From assembly GCA_948976265.1 (NCBI GenBank), contig CARFUA010000002.1:89491-153490 (forward strand): a stretch of DNA of 64,000 bases, written 5' to 3'. The position numbers and the translations under genes were made by a program. This DNA is from an uncultured Clostridia bacterium. GTDB lineage: Bacteria; Bacillota; Clostridia; TANB77; CAG-508. Under the pieces are notes generated by a model. That model saw nothing but the letters and a program-made list of their open reading frames with translations, had not been told where the DNA came from and made no database searches. Shown here in pieces: positions 1-10,453 of this stretch (within the stretch, counting starts at the first letter, position 1; each line of letters starts with the position of its first letter).

Positions 1-222
1 TTCTGCCGCATCTTTTTTTCCTTCACGCATCAAATTCCCAATTTCTTTGCTCAAATTGTTTCTTTGATTACGCATTTCATCGCCTTTTACAATTAATTCT
101 CTTGCTTTTTTATCCAATTCAATCACTTCATCCACCAAATCTACTTTATGCATTTGGAATTTCTTTTGGATATTTTCCCTGACAACTTCAGGATTTTCTC
201 TTAAAAATTTAATATCTATCAT
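1..222 (-). CDS. serS: seryl-tRNA synthetase, N-terminal 74 codons (gene runs off the window start)
   Basis: ATG at 220-222 follows AAAGGAGAAATT. Translation MIDIKFLRENPEVVRENIQKKF...NNLSKEIGNLMREGKKDAAE matches the SerRS N-terminal coiled-coil arm. It lies downstream of a Ser-type T-box leader. Confidence 0.85.
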   Translation of the reverse strand, partial: MIDIKFLRENPEVVRENIQKKFQMHKVDLVDEVIELDKKARELIVKGDEMRNQRNNLSKEIGNLMREGKKDAAE

Positions 223-252
223 AATTTCTCCTTTCTATATTTAATCTCTAAT

Positions 253-510
253 TTATTTGGTATAATCTTTTTGTAAATCTTCTATCAATTCAAATCGATG
301 TTTTTGACCTGTAATGTTATCTGGTCTTTGTGGAATTTCTTCTAAAAACATCTTTTCAGGTCTTATCCAAATCATACAATCGGTTCTATCATAAATCGGT
401 TTGTAAACAACCATTCTTTCCTTTGTTTCTGAATCCAATGCAATATTTTCCACAAAATAATAATTTCCTTTAAAATGACGATAAATTTTCCCAATTTTTA
501 CTTTTTCCAT
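253..510 (-). CDS. DUF1653-family small protein
   Basis: 85-aa ORF with the YRHFKGNYYFV motif typical of DUF1653. RBS AGGAGGAAAAATT precedes the ATG. It is the first cistron after the T-box leader. Confidence 0.6.
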   Translation of the reverse strand: MEKVKIGKIYRHFKGNYYFVENIALDSETKERMVVYKPIYDRTDCMIWIRPEKMFLEEIPQRPDNITGQKHRFELIEDLQKDYTK

Positions 511-534
511 AATTTTTCCTCCTATTATTAATAT

Positions 535-750
535 GCAAAAAATCCCCTATGCAAAATTGCATAAGGGCGTTATAGACGCGGTACCACCTTAATTTATTAC
601 TCTTTTAATTGCGATAACCTGCAATCACTCGGTCTAGTTTTCTAGAAGCTTCCCTTAAGTAGATTTCATAAACCGTTTTTATCTGCTTTCCAGCAACCGC
701 AGACTCTCTTTAAAAAACACATTTTATTACTTAGCTTAAGGTCAAATGCT
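535..750 (-). promoter_or_regulatory. T-box leader (probable Ser specifier UCU) with intrinsic terminator, controlling DUF1653-serS
   Basis: Minus strand reads AAATTAAGGTGGTACCGCGTC (T-box core, 574-592). This is followed by the terminator hairpin CCCTTATGCA-ATTT-TGCATAGGGG plus a U-run (537-568). Stem I shows AGAGAG and GGTTGCTGGAAAGC elements. The candidate specifier is GAAA-TCT-A at 661-663. A TTGACA-17-TATTAT promoter has its -35 at 784-789. Confidence 0.8.
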
Positions 751-804
751 AATTTTTATTATAATATCATACAAATTTTATTTTGTCAAGTTACTCATCA
801 ATAT

Positions 805-1023
805 TTTTTAAAATATCTAAAAATTATTTCCTGCCATTTTACCCTCTTACTTGTGTATTATGTATCCTTCTCATTTTTTAGAGCCTTTTTGAGCCTCTCA
901 GCGCTTCATCTAAATTTCATTTTCCCTCAGACCACCTATTTTTATGCCTCTAAAAAAATCAGAAAAATACCATAAATTGATTTATTTTCAATTTTAGTCA
1001 TTTATCCTTAAATTTTCAATAAA
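805..1023 (+). repeat. dispersed intergenic repeat, copy 1 of 3 (~220 bp)
   Basis: Aligns by eye with 19100-19330 (same orientation) and 54255-54480 (inverted). Shared blocks include CCACCTATTTTTATGCCTCTAAAAAA-TC-AGAAAAATACCATAAATTGATTTATTT and AAAAT-A-CTAAAAATTATT. Confidence 0.75.
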
Positions 1024-1120
1024 CTATCGTATTTTTCCTCTCATACGTTTTCCTTTCAATTTATATGGGGAACAAAACAAAAAAACGATGGCAAATCCAT
1101 CGTTTTTATATCGTTCATTA

Positions 1121-1504
1121 TTACATATCATCCTCAAAATTTCCCCAGTCCAATTCAATAATATTCTTGCAATCTGGGCATTTGATTTCTTTTTTGGTAT
1201 TGTCAAATTCTATAAAAAAGTGGGTGTTACAATAAGGACATTTAATTGGTTCTAAATCTGTTTCTTCTTCATCACTATCTTGGAATATCTCATTATCTAT
1301 TTTTTGCATCGCAATCTCTAAACCATCTAATCGATTTTCAAATATCGCAATTTTCTGCTTATACACAGACTCCAATTTTTCCAATTCATTCAAATATTCC
1401 ATCGTTAATTCTGTAATTTGTGATTTTGCATAAATCAAATCTTTTTTACTCTCCAAATTCCCTTCCAAATTTTTAATAACTTCCTTAAACTTTTTATTTA
1501 ACAT
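1121..1504 (-). CDS. coiled-coil protein with C-terminal CxxC...CxxC zinc ribbon (CD1247 N-terminal domain-like)
   Basis: ORF-track protein trimmed to ATG 1504, which follows GGAGGGGAAGG. Motifs CPYC...CPDC are present. It sits just downstream of efp. Confidence 0.6.
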   Translation of the reverse strand: MLNKKFKEVIKNLEGNLESKKDLIYAKSQITELTMEYLNELEKLESVYKQKIAIFENRLDGLEIAMQKIDNEIFQDSDEEETDLEPIKCPYCNTHFFIEFDNTKKEIKCPDCKNIIELDWGNFEDDM

Positions 1505-1534
1505 TAACAATCCTTCCCCTCCTGACAATCTAAG

Positions 1535-2101
1535 TTAGATTCTTTCCATATATTGACCTGTTCTCGTATCAATTCTAATTTTGTCACCAATATTTACAAA
1601 TAATGGAACTGAAATTTCTAAGCCATTTTCTAATGTTGCTGGTTTTCCTGAAGTTGTTGTTGTATTTCCACTAAATCCAGGTTCTGTATAAGTAACTTCT
1701 AATTCCACAAACATTGGTGGTTCCACAGCAAATACCTTGCCTTTAAATGATAACATCGTTACATTCATATTTTCTTTAATATATTTCAATGCATCACCAA
1801 TTTGTTCTGCATTTAATGGCATTTGGTCATACGTGTTGTTATCCATGAAATAATATAATTCGCCATCATTGTATAAATATTGCATATCTCTTTTTTCAAT
1901 TTCCGCACCTTGTAATTTTTCAGATGGATTAAAAGTTCTTTCTAAAACCGCTCCTGTGATTACATTTTTCATTTTTACACGAACAAATGCAGCTCCTTTT
2001 CCAGGTTTTACATGTTGAAATTCAACTACTCTAAATACATTACTATCTAATTCAAATGTTGTTCCATTTCTTAAATCTCCAGCCATATATACATCAGCCA
2101 T
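1535..2101 (-). CDS. efp: elongation factor P
   Basis: 188 aa with [16 protein letters not shown] and the C-terminal [16 protein letters not shown] typical of EF-P. RBS GAGGT is upstream. Confidence 0.95.
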   Translation of the reverse strand: MADVYMAGDLRNGTTFELDSNVFRVVEFQHVKPGKGAAFVRVKMKNVITGAVLERTFNPSEKLQGAEIEKRDMQYLYNDGELYYFMDNNTYDQMPLNAEQIGDALKYIKENMNVTMLSFKGKVFAVEPPMFVELEVTYTEPGFSGNTTTTSGKPATLENGLEISVPLFVNIGDKIRIDTRTGQYMERI

Positions 2102-2187
2102 AATTTTTACCTCATTTCTTTCATTTATTTTAACTTTTTGATTATATCATAAAGCATTCTATAAATCAAGTATTTTTCCATTAATTC

Positions 2188-3258
2188 CTATCTTTTGAGT
2201 GAAATGATACTATCATTTTTTCCAGATTTGCCCAATTTTATACAGGAATCTTTTGTAATTTGATAGGTATCTTCCAGGCGAATTCCAAATTTTCCCGCTT
2301 TATAAACACCTGGCTCAATCGCAATAACGAAATTTTCTTTTAAATGCACATCCATTTTAGAACTTAAAAATGGCTCTTCATGAATTTCCATCCCTACGCC
2401 ATGCCCAAAACTATGCATTACACTAAAGTTCTTCAAATGATAATCAGTTTCTCTATCTTTTATTACTTGTTTTAAATTGACGCCATTTTTAAAAGCATTC
2501 ACGATTTTTTGTTGCTGTTCTAGCACAAACTGATAGCTATCCTCATACTCATTTTTTCTATAATCCACAAATATAACTCTCGAAAAATCAGAACAATAGC
2601 CTTTATAACGCGCTCCCATATCCAACTGGATTATATCGCCAGATTGCAATTGACGATTCGTTGGTACAGCATGTGGCATCGAAGTATTTTCGCCAAAAGC
2701 TACAATCGTATCAAACGCCAATCCATCTGCCCCATGTTGAATCATAAATTTCTCAATCTCAAAACTTAATTCCTTTTCAGTCATACCATATCTTAAACTA
2801 TTTTTTACAAATTCAAATGTATCATCTGTTATTTCGCAAGCTTTTTGAATATAGGAAATCTCTGTCTCGTCTTTTACCATTCTATGATTTTCAATCATTC
2901 CTTCTGTTTCAACTAAGTTGACTTGATACGTTTGCAAATACTTTTTATAAATTTCATACGTTACATATTTTTCCTCAAAACCAATATCATTCGCACACAT
3001 AAAAAACACTTCATAATCATATTTACTCATATTTTTTACATCGTATGCCACAATTTCATCCTCAATTGTCAGTTTGTGATTCACACTTTCAATATAACGC
3101 GAATCTGTCAAAAATACATTTTCTTTTGGCGCAATTACCAAAATTCCCTCTTCTTCTAAGCCTGTCAAATACCTGACATTAATTGGGTTAGACACAATCA
3201 TGCCTTCCAATTCCATGGATTTTAATTGATCCCTAAGCCACTTAATTCGTATATTCAT
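2188..3258 (-). CDS. Xaa-Pro aminopeptidase/dipeptidase (M24B family)
   Basis: Creatinase-like N-domain plus M24 metal-ligand motifs (DMGARYKGYCSD, HGVGMEIHE, EPG). Start set at ATG 3258, which follows GGAGGTGTTT. Confidence 0.85.
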   Translation of the reverse strand: MNIRIKWLRDQLKSMELEGMIVSNPINVRYLTGLEEEGILVIAPKENVFLTDSRYIESVNHKLTIEDEIVAYDVKNMSKYDYEVFFMCANDIGFEEKYVTYEIYKKYLQTYQVNLVETEGMIENHRMVKDETEISYIQKACEITDDTFEFVKNSLRYGMTEKELSFEIEKFMIQHGADGLAFDTIVAFGENTSMPHAVPTNRQLQSGDIIQLDMGARYKGYCSDFSRVIFVDYRKNEYEDSYQFVLEQQQKIVNAFKNGVNLKQVIKDRETDYHLKNFSVMHSFGHGVGMEIHEEPFLSSKMDVHLKENFVIAIEPGVYKAGKFGIRLEDTYQITKDSCIKLGKSGKNDSIISLKR

Positions 3259-3270
3259 AAACACCTCCAT

Positions 3271-4047
3271 TTATAGGATACTCAAAATCTTATCACTAAT
3301 TACCTTACAAATCAGCATAAACCATATAAATACAGCATTGGCTGGTAAAAATATACACGCAATCGCACTCATCACCAAAAAAGGTCCAAATGGCATGTAT
3401 TCATCATCACTTTTTAAAATTGCATTTCTAACAATCAATACCAAAATAGAAATGATGGCTCCTATAAAAAATGCCAACAATGAAATCTGAGCAATTACAC
3501 TCACTCCATAATATAAGCCAATCGCTCCCATAAATTTTACATCGCCTAATCCCATTGCTTCTTTGCCAGCAATTAAACCACCAAGCAATGTAATCAGTCC
3601 AAAAATTCCTGCACCTGTCAGCATGCCAAGTAACATATCTTTTGCCATATTTAGATTATTAATTCCATAAATAAAAGTAAATAGTAAACCAATTTCAAAA
3701 ATTGTTAAATTTAATCGGTTTGGTAATATTCTATGCTTTAAATCAATCATAAAAGAACTCACTAACATCGGCATCAAAACCATAAATTTAATTAAATCTA
3801 AATTCTGCATGAAAGTATCGCCAATTCCAAAATGATATAAAAGCGCTAGATATAGCAAAACCATAATGATTCTAGTAAGATAACTTTTCTCAATTCCTTC
3901 TTTATTCTCTTTAACATAATCTTTTGAAAAAATTTTCTTATCTTCTGGTAACCTTACATTCATCCAAGCAACTAATTTTCCAACCACTAATGCTAAAATT
4001 CCAAATGCTACATATACTAAAATGTGTACATTATTATGATCATACAT
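3271..4047 (-). CDS. prepilin (type IV leader) peptidase, A24 family
   Basis: Polytopic membrane protein with GLGDVKFMGAIGLYYG and a second Asp region typical of PilD/ComC peptidases. Confidence 0.8.
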   Translation of the reverse strand: MYDHNNVHILVYVAFGILALVVGKLVAWMNVRLPEDKKIFSKDYVKENKEGIEKSYLTRIIMVLLYLALLYHFGIGDTFMQNLDLIKFMVLMPMLVSSFMIDLKHRILPNRLNLTIFEIGLLFTFIYGINNLNMAKDMLLGMLTGAGIFGLITLLGGLIAGKEAMGLGDVKFMGAIGLYYGVSVIAQISLLAFFIGAIISILVLIVRNAILKSDDEYMPFGPFLVMSAIACIFLPANAVFIWFMLICKVISDKILSIL

Positions 4048-4050
4048 TTT

Positions 4051-4563
4051 TTATTCCTCTTTCTTCTTTTGTTTTTTTACATAAGATTTTACAATCCATT
4101 CTTCCATTGGTCGTTTCAATTTAGTTATCCAAATATCCTTTTTGGCAATTGGATTTACCAAAATTGAAAACATTTTATTTCGGTTAGCCCCAATAACATC
4201 TGTAAAAATTTGATCCCCAATCACCGCTATATTTTCACTTTTTAATCCTAATTTTTCTCTTGCTTTTTTAAAACCTCTTTTAAGTGGTTTGGTAGCAAAA
4301 TAGATATAAGGTAACGCTAATTGTTCCGCTACTTGCGTTACTTTATCCACTTGATTGCTATTCGATAAAATCATGCATTGAATTCCATTTTCTTTCATTT
4401 TATCAACCCATTTTTTGGCACCATCTAATAAATTTCGGTCAAAATCAATCAGCGTATTATCCACGTCTAGTAAAATTCCTTTGATTTGATTTTTTTCCAA
4501 TAAATCAAGGGTTACATCCGTTACTTTATCACAATAATAATCTGGGTAAACTATCATATACAT
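4051..4563 (-). CDS. yqeG: YqeG-family HAD-IIIA phosphatase
   Basis: Has the LLDVDNTL motif I, ILSNS, and GDQIFTDVIGANR motif IV. The 170-aa size matches YqeG. Confidence 0.8.
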   Translation of the reverse strand: MYMIVYPDYYCDKVTDVTLDLLEKNQIKGILLDVDNTLIDFDRNLLDGAKKWVDKMKENGIQCMILSNSNQVDKVTQVAEQLALPYIYFATKPLKRGFKKAREKLGLKSENIAVIGDQIFTDVIGANRNKMFSILVNPIAKKDIWITKLKRPMEEWIVKSYVKKQKKKEE

Positions 4564-4661
4564 TTTCCTTTCTTCTTTTCTATCTTACCAATATGTTGTA
4601 ATTTTGTCAATTTATTTACAAAATTTTCTTTTTAAAATTGGTGATTGCCTTACCATTGCAT

Positions 4662-4695
4662 CAAAAAAAACAACCAATAAACAAAACGTTTATTG
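4662..4695 (-). terminator. intrinsic terminator after the recoded sleB-like gene
   Basis: Minus strand shows CCAATAAAC-loop-GTTTATTGG followed by T8. It sits just below the +1-frame stop at 4705, not below the 0-frame stop at 4784. Confidence 0.7.
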
Positions 4696-4704
4696 GCTCT
4701 TTTT

Positions 4705-5377
4705 CTATTTACAAAAAATATGCTTTCCAATTGTCAAAACTTGTGGTCTGCTCCAAATCCAACCAGATGTTGCTGTATCAGGATTAAAATAATAAATGCA
4801 TCCGTGAAGTTGGATCCCAACCATTAATCGCATCTTGGGCAGCTTTTTTGCTACTATCATCATATCCTAAATTAATCTGACCATCTGAAACACAAGTATA
4901 CGCCCCTGATTGATAAATAACACCAGAAATTGAATTCGGGAATCTAGAATCTGCCACACGATTCATAACCGTGGCTGCAACTGCAACCATTCCATTATAC
5001 GGTTCTCCCCTTGCTTCCCCATAAACTAAATGACTCAGCAAATTCAAATCACTATTATTACTTGTACTTCCCCCAGATGAACCATTTGATGCATTAATTC
5101 CTAAAGCAGCTAATGTCTTAGGTCCAGCGATTCCATCTGCAGTTAATCCATTTTTTTTCTGAAAAGATTTGACCGCTTCATACGTTTTAGAACCAAAAAT
5201 TCCATCCACGCTTCCATTATAATATCCCCAAGATTTTAATTTTGTTTGGATTTGTTTTACTTCTTCTCCATTTGAACCATATTGTGAAAGTGCAAAAGCC
5301 ATTGGCAGTTTTGCTAAAATCCAATACAAAACCATTATCATTAAAACAATTCCTATTAAATAATTACGTTTTTTCAT
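4705..5377 (-). CDS. sleB: SleB-like spore cortex-lytic / cell-wall hydrolase with PG-binding domain; needs +1 shift at CGG 4802-4804
   Basis: Signal/TM segment, PG_binding_1 (GLTADGIAGPKTLAAL) and hydrolase_2 domain (GEARGEPYNGMVAVAATVMNRV). The 0 frame ends ...GWDPTSRMHLLF*. The +1 frame continues GCIYYFNPDTATSGWIWSRPQVLTIGKHIFCK*, which is the conserved family C-terminus. Confidence 0.8.
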
Positions 5378-5551
5378 TATAACCTCCACCTTTTACCCTA
5401 TTTTTTACAATTTTTGAAATTCTATGCATTTTTTTGTAATAAAATTGTAATCTTTTTGTAATGAAAACTTTATATTTTTTTGTCAAATAAGGGTTGCTAT
5501 TTTTTGACATTATTTGTATAATTAAGGTAAATTATAAAAGGGAGTAAACGT

Positions 5552-6265
5552 ATGGAATTTACTGAAAACATTGAATTTAATAATTGTCCCACTGCTCATG
5601 AAGAACTTGAGCTTCATTATCGTGGTTTTTTATGTAATTCGGAAGAATTAACCATTGTTTATGGTTTTAGTGAAGCTTGGAACCATACTACTGAACTGCC
5701 TATGGAAAAAACCGATTTGGGTTTTTCTGTCAAAGTTAAAATGTTAGATTTTGAGACATTTCATTTCTGTTTTCGAAATGGTCATTATGAATGGGATAAC
5801 AATCATCATTGCAATTATGTCGCTTCCATAGCTCCTGCTTTAGTTTCTGTGCAAGAAACACGTCCAACATTTGATATTAACAAACTAATTGACGAAATGT
5901 TAGAACCACTTATTCCAGCTTCTTCCTTAGAAACCACAGTCGCAACTCCCATTCAAATTACAACTAAACCAGTTAATTTAGGAACTGAAATCAGTAATTT
6001 CTTATCTACCATTCCTTGTGAGGCAGAACCAGAAAATTTAAAAGAATATTCTACTTTAGATGAAATTCTTACTTGTACCGTAATCAAAGAAACACCCGTA
6101 TCTTTAGAACCGACTAATGCATTATTAACTTTAGAGGATTCTTTCATTATTAGTCCACGCAAATTAAGCAAATTTTATTTATTAAGAAAACAAATTAAAT
6201 TAGGTTTCTATAAATTATTCATCAAGATTCCAAATTTGATTTTTGGGTCGGAAAAAGAATCTTAA
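5552..6265 (+). CDS. hypothetical protein; N-terminal region weakly resembles a starch/glycan-binding module (HYRG...WDNN..NY)
   Basis: 237-aa ORF with RBS AAAGGGAG. A hairpin terminator (AAAATCTTCC-TAAG-CGGAAGATTTT) follows at about 6270-6300. Confidence 0.55.
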   Translation: MEFTENIEFNNCPTAHEELELHYRGFLCNSEELTIVYGFSEAWNHTTELPMEKTDLGFSVKVKMLDFETFHFCFRNGHYEWDNNHHCNYVASIAPALVSVQETRPTFDINKLIDEMLEPLIPASSLETTVATPIQITTKPVNLGTEISNFLSTIPCEAEPENLKEYSTLDEILTCTVIKETPVSLEPTNALLTLEDSFIISPRKLSKFYLLRKQIKLGFYKLFIKIPNLIFGSEKES

Positions 6266-6307
6266 TTAAAACAAAAATCTTCCTAAGCGGAAGATTTTTT
6301 TGTCTAT

Positions 6308-6445
6308 TTACATACCCATTTTTTTCATAAATTGTTTTCCTTTTTTCACCATTTTTTTCTTGCCATTGTCAATTCCTTCAGAATACATCATCATCGCACT
6401 TGCTGTAAGAACCGTACCTAACATTAAACCTTTTGTAAAATTCAT
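6308..6445 (-). CDS. small membrane protein (45 aa)
   Basis: Not in the ORF track (<60 aa). RBS GAAAGGTGG is followed by MNFTKGLMLGTVLTASAMMMYSEGIDNGKKKMVKKGKQFMKKMGM*. Confidence 0.35.
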   Translation of the reverse strand: MNFTKGLMLGTVLTASAMMMYSEGIDNGKKKMVKKGKQFMKKMGM

Positions 6446-6478
6446 ATTTTTCTACCACCTTTCTACAATATTTTTATA

Positions 6479-6862
6479 TTATTTATTATTTTCTTTTTTA
6501 TTTAATCTATACTGGCTAAAAAATGAATAAATTTGAAAAATTGCTATCATTATCAAAAAAATTCCAAAATATTTTTTTAAACGTTGCGCATTCATTTTAA
6601 ATGACAATAAACTCCCACAAATGGCACCTATGATTCCAAAAAAAATCAAATTTTTTGATATTTTATAATCAATCACTTTATGCTTAATATTCATATAAAT
6701 CGCAACAATGGAAGTCGGAATAAAAAACACCAAATTAATCCCCTGAACCATATGCTGGTCAATATTTCCAAATAAATTTAATAGCAAAATTAAAATCGTT
6801 CCACCACCCATTCCAGTTGCCGCAACAATTCCCGCTATTCCACCAAACATAATTTCTTTCAT
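6479..6862 (-). CDS. TauE/SafE (DUF81) family membrane protein, second half-size gene
   Basis: 127 aa with 4 TM segments and a GxGGG motif (GMGGGTILILLL). Confidence 0.7.
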   Translation of the reverse strand: MKEIMFGGIAGIVAATGMGGGTILILLLNLFGNIDQHMVQGINLVFFIPTSIVAIYMNIKHKVIDYKISKNLIFFGIIGAICGSLLSFKMNAQRLKKYFGIFLIMIAIFQIYSFFSQYRLNKKENNK

Positions 6863-6871
6863 TTATTTTCC

Positions 6872-7235
6872 TTATCCTCTTATCATTTTGATTCCCGCAT
6901 AAAACAAAAAAATGATAAACGAAATTTCTAAAAAATTTTTTCCCGCATTCCAAAGAATTTTTGAGCCAATATAGCCTCCAATCATCCCACCGAACAGCAC
7001 ATTTTATCGCCATGCCCCAATCAATATAATCCTGTCTAAAATAGAAACATCCACTTGTAAAAACCATAAAAAAAATGCAAAATATCGTTGTAGCACGAGC
7101 ATTTACTCTTTCTTTTTTTAAAATTGAAGTCATATATGGTACTAAAATTAGACCGCCGCCACTACTAAAAAATCCACTAATCATTCCAGCAAAAAATCCT
7201 ACTAACATGTTTTTCCAAAAATTTTTCTTTTTCAT
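6872..7235 (-). CDS. TauE/SafE (DUF81) family membrane protein, first half-size gene; needs +1 shift at CGG 6990-6992
   Basis: Begins MKKKNFWKNMLVGFFAGMISGFFSSGGGLILVPY. After ...AIKCAV the 0 frame becomes nonsense. The +1 frame reads GGMIGGYIGSKILWNAGKNFLEISFIIFLFYAGIKMIRG*, a typical DUF81 C-terminus. Confidence 0.7.
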
Positions 7236-7273
7236 GCTAATAGGATTTACTTTTTTTTCAATTTTATACAAAA

Positions 7274-7933
7274 TTACATTTTTCGAAATACACCCGTTAC
7301 TTTTCCCAAAATTTCGCAATTTGGAACTATAATTGGTTCCATTGTACAATTTTCTGGTTGCAAACGAATATGGTCTTCTTCTTTATAAAATGTCTTCACG
7401 GTTGCTTCATCTTCGATTAAGGCAACGACAATTTCTCCGTTAATGGCAGTATTTTGCTTGCGAACTAAAATATAATCTCCATTCAAAATACCAGCTTCAA
7501 TCATACTTTCGCCTCTTACCACTAACATAAAACTTTCACTATTTCCCACAAAATCTAACGGAATTGGAAAGGTATCTGTTATATTTTCCACTGCTAAAAT
7601 TGGTTCTCCCGCCGTAATTTTTCCTACAATTGGAACTTCTACCATTTCTCGATTAGAATAAAAATCTTTTTCAAAAGTTTCTTGTTTTTCTTCTTCTAAC
7701 GCTCCACCTTTTAATAATTTTAATGTTCTACCTTTTTGATTTTCTTTTTTAATATATCCTTTTTTCTCTAACGCTGCCAAATATCCATGCACCGTTGCCG
7801 TTGATTTTAAACCAACTGCTTTTCCAATTTCGCGAACCGATGGTGGATATCCTTTTTCTTTGATTTGTTTTTCAATGCATTTTAAAATTGCCTTTTCTCT
7901 TTTATTAATACTATTTGGATCTTTTTTCTTCAT
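7274..7933 (-). CDS. lexA: LexA repressor
   Basis: N-terminal wHTH (GYPPSVREIGKAVGLKSTATVHGYL), an Ala-Gly cleavage site (ITAGEP), and S24 peptidase motifs (RGESM ... VKTF). Imperfect GAAC-N4-GTT-like boxes lie upstream near 7960-8025. Confidence 0.9.
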   Translation of the reverse strand: MKKKDPNSINKREKAILKCIEKQIKEKGYPPSVREIGKAVGLKSTATVHGYLAALEKKGYIKKENQKGRTLKLLKGGALEEEKQETFEKDFYSNREMVEVPIVGKITAGEPILAVENITDTFPIPLDFVGNSESFMLVVRGESMIEAGILNGDYILVRKQNTAINGEIVVALIEDEATVKTFYKEEDHIRLQPENCTMEPIIVPNCEILGKVTGVFRKM

Positions 7934-8089
7934 CTATACCACTCCTTTTTTCTCTCTTTATAGGAAAACTTTTATTCGTAAAATAATCTTATCACAAAAC
8001 ATTTGATTTGTCAAACAAAAGTTCATATTTTTTTCATTTTCTTTATCATAAACCCTATTTTTAAACATAAAATAAAACAGGTGATATTT

Positions 8090-8275
8090 ATGAAATCTCG
8101 CAACTGCCTTTCTGGCTGTGAACTTGTTACTTTAGCAAGTACCTTATCCTGCATCATCTCTAAAAACTTATCTCCTGATGATATTAGTACTTTAGGTGAC
8201 TTTTTTTCAGCTCTAGGCTCTAACCTCGCTGTCATTGCAGATATACAATCTTCATGTGAAAATAATTCCTCTTAA
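8090..8275 (+). CDS. small hypothetical protein (61 aa)
   Basis: ATG at 8090 follows AGGTGA. Sequence is MKSRNCLSGCELVTLASTLSCIISKNLSPDDISTLGDFFSALGSNLAVIADIQ.... A hairpin at about 8280-8310 follows. Confidence 0.45.
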   Translation: MKSRNCLSGCELVTLASTLSCIISKNLSPDDISTLGDFFSALGSNLAVIADIQSSCENNSS

Positions 8276-8314
8276 AAAAATGATGTAGTTTCTATTTCTA
8301 CATCATTTTTCTTT

Positions 8315-8848
8315 CTAATCTTTGCAATTACAATCTGAGTACTTCGCTTTCAACATCTCAAAAATCTGCACATGATTTTCCTCATCCATAATAATTCTTG
8401 CTAGCACCGCTTTAATACTTTCATTTTGAGCAATCTTCATCAAATGCTGATACTCCTTAATTGCGCCTTTCTCCGACTCAATATTACACGACAACATTTC
8501 TTCCAAACTCGAAAAATTGGTTCTCACATTATCCGAACACCATTTATTTCCATATGTACTCATATAATACGGTTCAAGTCCCAAACTTATCAATATTTCG
8601 CCCAATAAATCCAAATGTTTCATTTCTTGCTTAGCAATTATCCCCAAAAACATAGCCACATCTTCTGTTTTTCGATTAGTCAAATTTTGGAAAACGTAAG
8701 ATAAAATAGTTGTCAACTCACTCTCACTTCCCGCATAACTATCATAAACTAATCTCCCAAATTTATAATCTGGCGTAACATTACAAAGTTCTGGATATGG
8801 AATTTTATTCATTTCTCTCAATCCAAAACTTAAATCTTGATTGTTCAT
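8315..8848 (-). CDS. ferritin-like / manganese-catalase family protein (CotJC-like spore coat protein)
   Basis: Start at ATG 8848 follows AAGGGAGG. The layout of paired E...EMKH and E..H motifs matches the CotJC/Mn-catalase family. Confidence 0.6.
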   Translation of the reverse strand: MNNQDLSFGLREMNKIPYPELCNVTPDYKFGRLVYDSYAGSESELTTILSYVFQNLTNRKTEDVAMFLGIIAKQEMKHLDLLGEILISLGLEPYYMSTYGNKWCSDNVRTNFSSLEEMLSCNIESEKGAIKEYQHLMKIAQNESIKAVLARIIMDEENHVQIFEMLKAKYSDCNCKD

Positions 8849-8894
8849 AAAAAAACCTCCCTTTTGCATATACTATGCAAAAGAGAGTATTTTG

Positions 8895-10190
<1,296 letters not shown>

Positions 10191-10333
10191 TTATTCTTGC
10201 TTTTTATATTTTATCATGCTATAATTTATTTTATCTATATTTGTAGTTTCTTGCTCATTTCTGAGCGCTACTTCCACAAATAAACTTAAATTTCATACAT
10301 CGTACCACTTCACGAAAGGAGGTGATGCATGTT

Positions 10334-10453
10334 ATGAAGCGTTTTAATGCAAAACAAAAAGAAAAACTTAAAAACTTTATACATACTTTAGGAAAACATA
10401 CACTTTTTATACTTACACTCATTGAAAAAATATTAAACATTTTTGGTTTTTAA
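10334..10453 (+). CDS. orphan micro-ORF (39 aa, basic N-terminus, hydrophobic C-terminus)
   Basis: AAAGGAGGTG lies 11 nt before the ATG. Sequence is MKRFNAKQKEKLKNFIHTLGKHTLFILTLIEKILNIFGF*. A perfect hairpin AAAATAGGTAGC...GCTACCTATTTT follows immediately at 10457-10490. Confidence 0.4.
   Translation: MKRFNAKQKEKLKNFIHTLGKHTLFILTLIEKILNIFGF

Noticed and set aside
6300-6530. 76-aa plus-strand ORF
   Set aside because: It has no RBS and its composition is hydrophobic junk. The minus strand here carries a better small ORF (6308-6445) and the end of the TauE gene.
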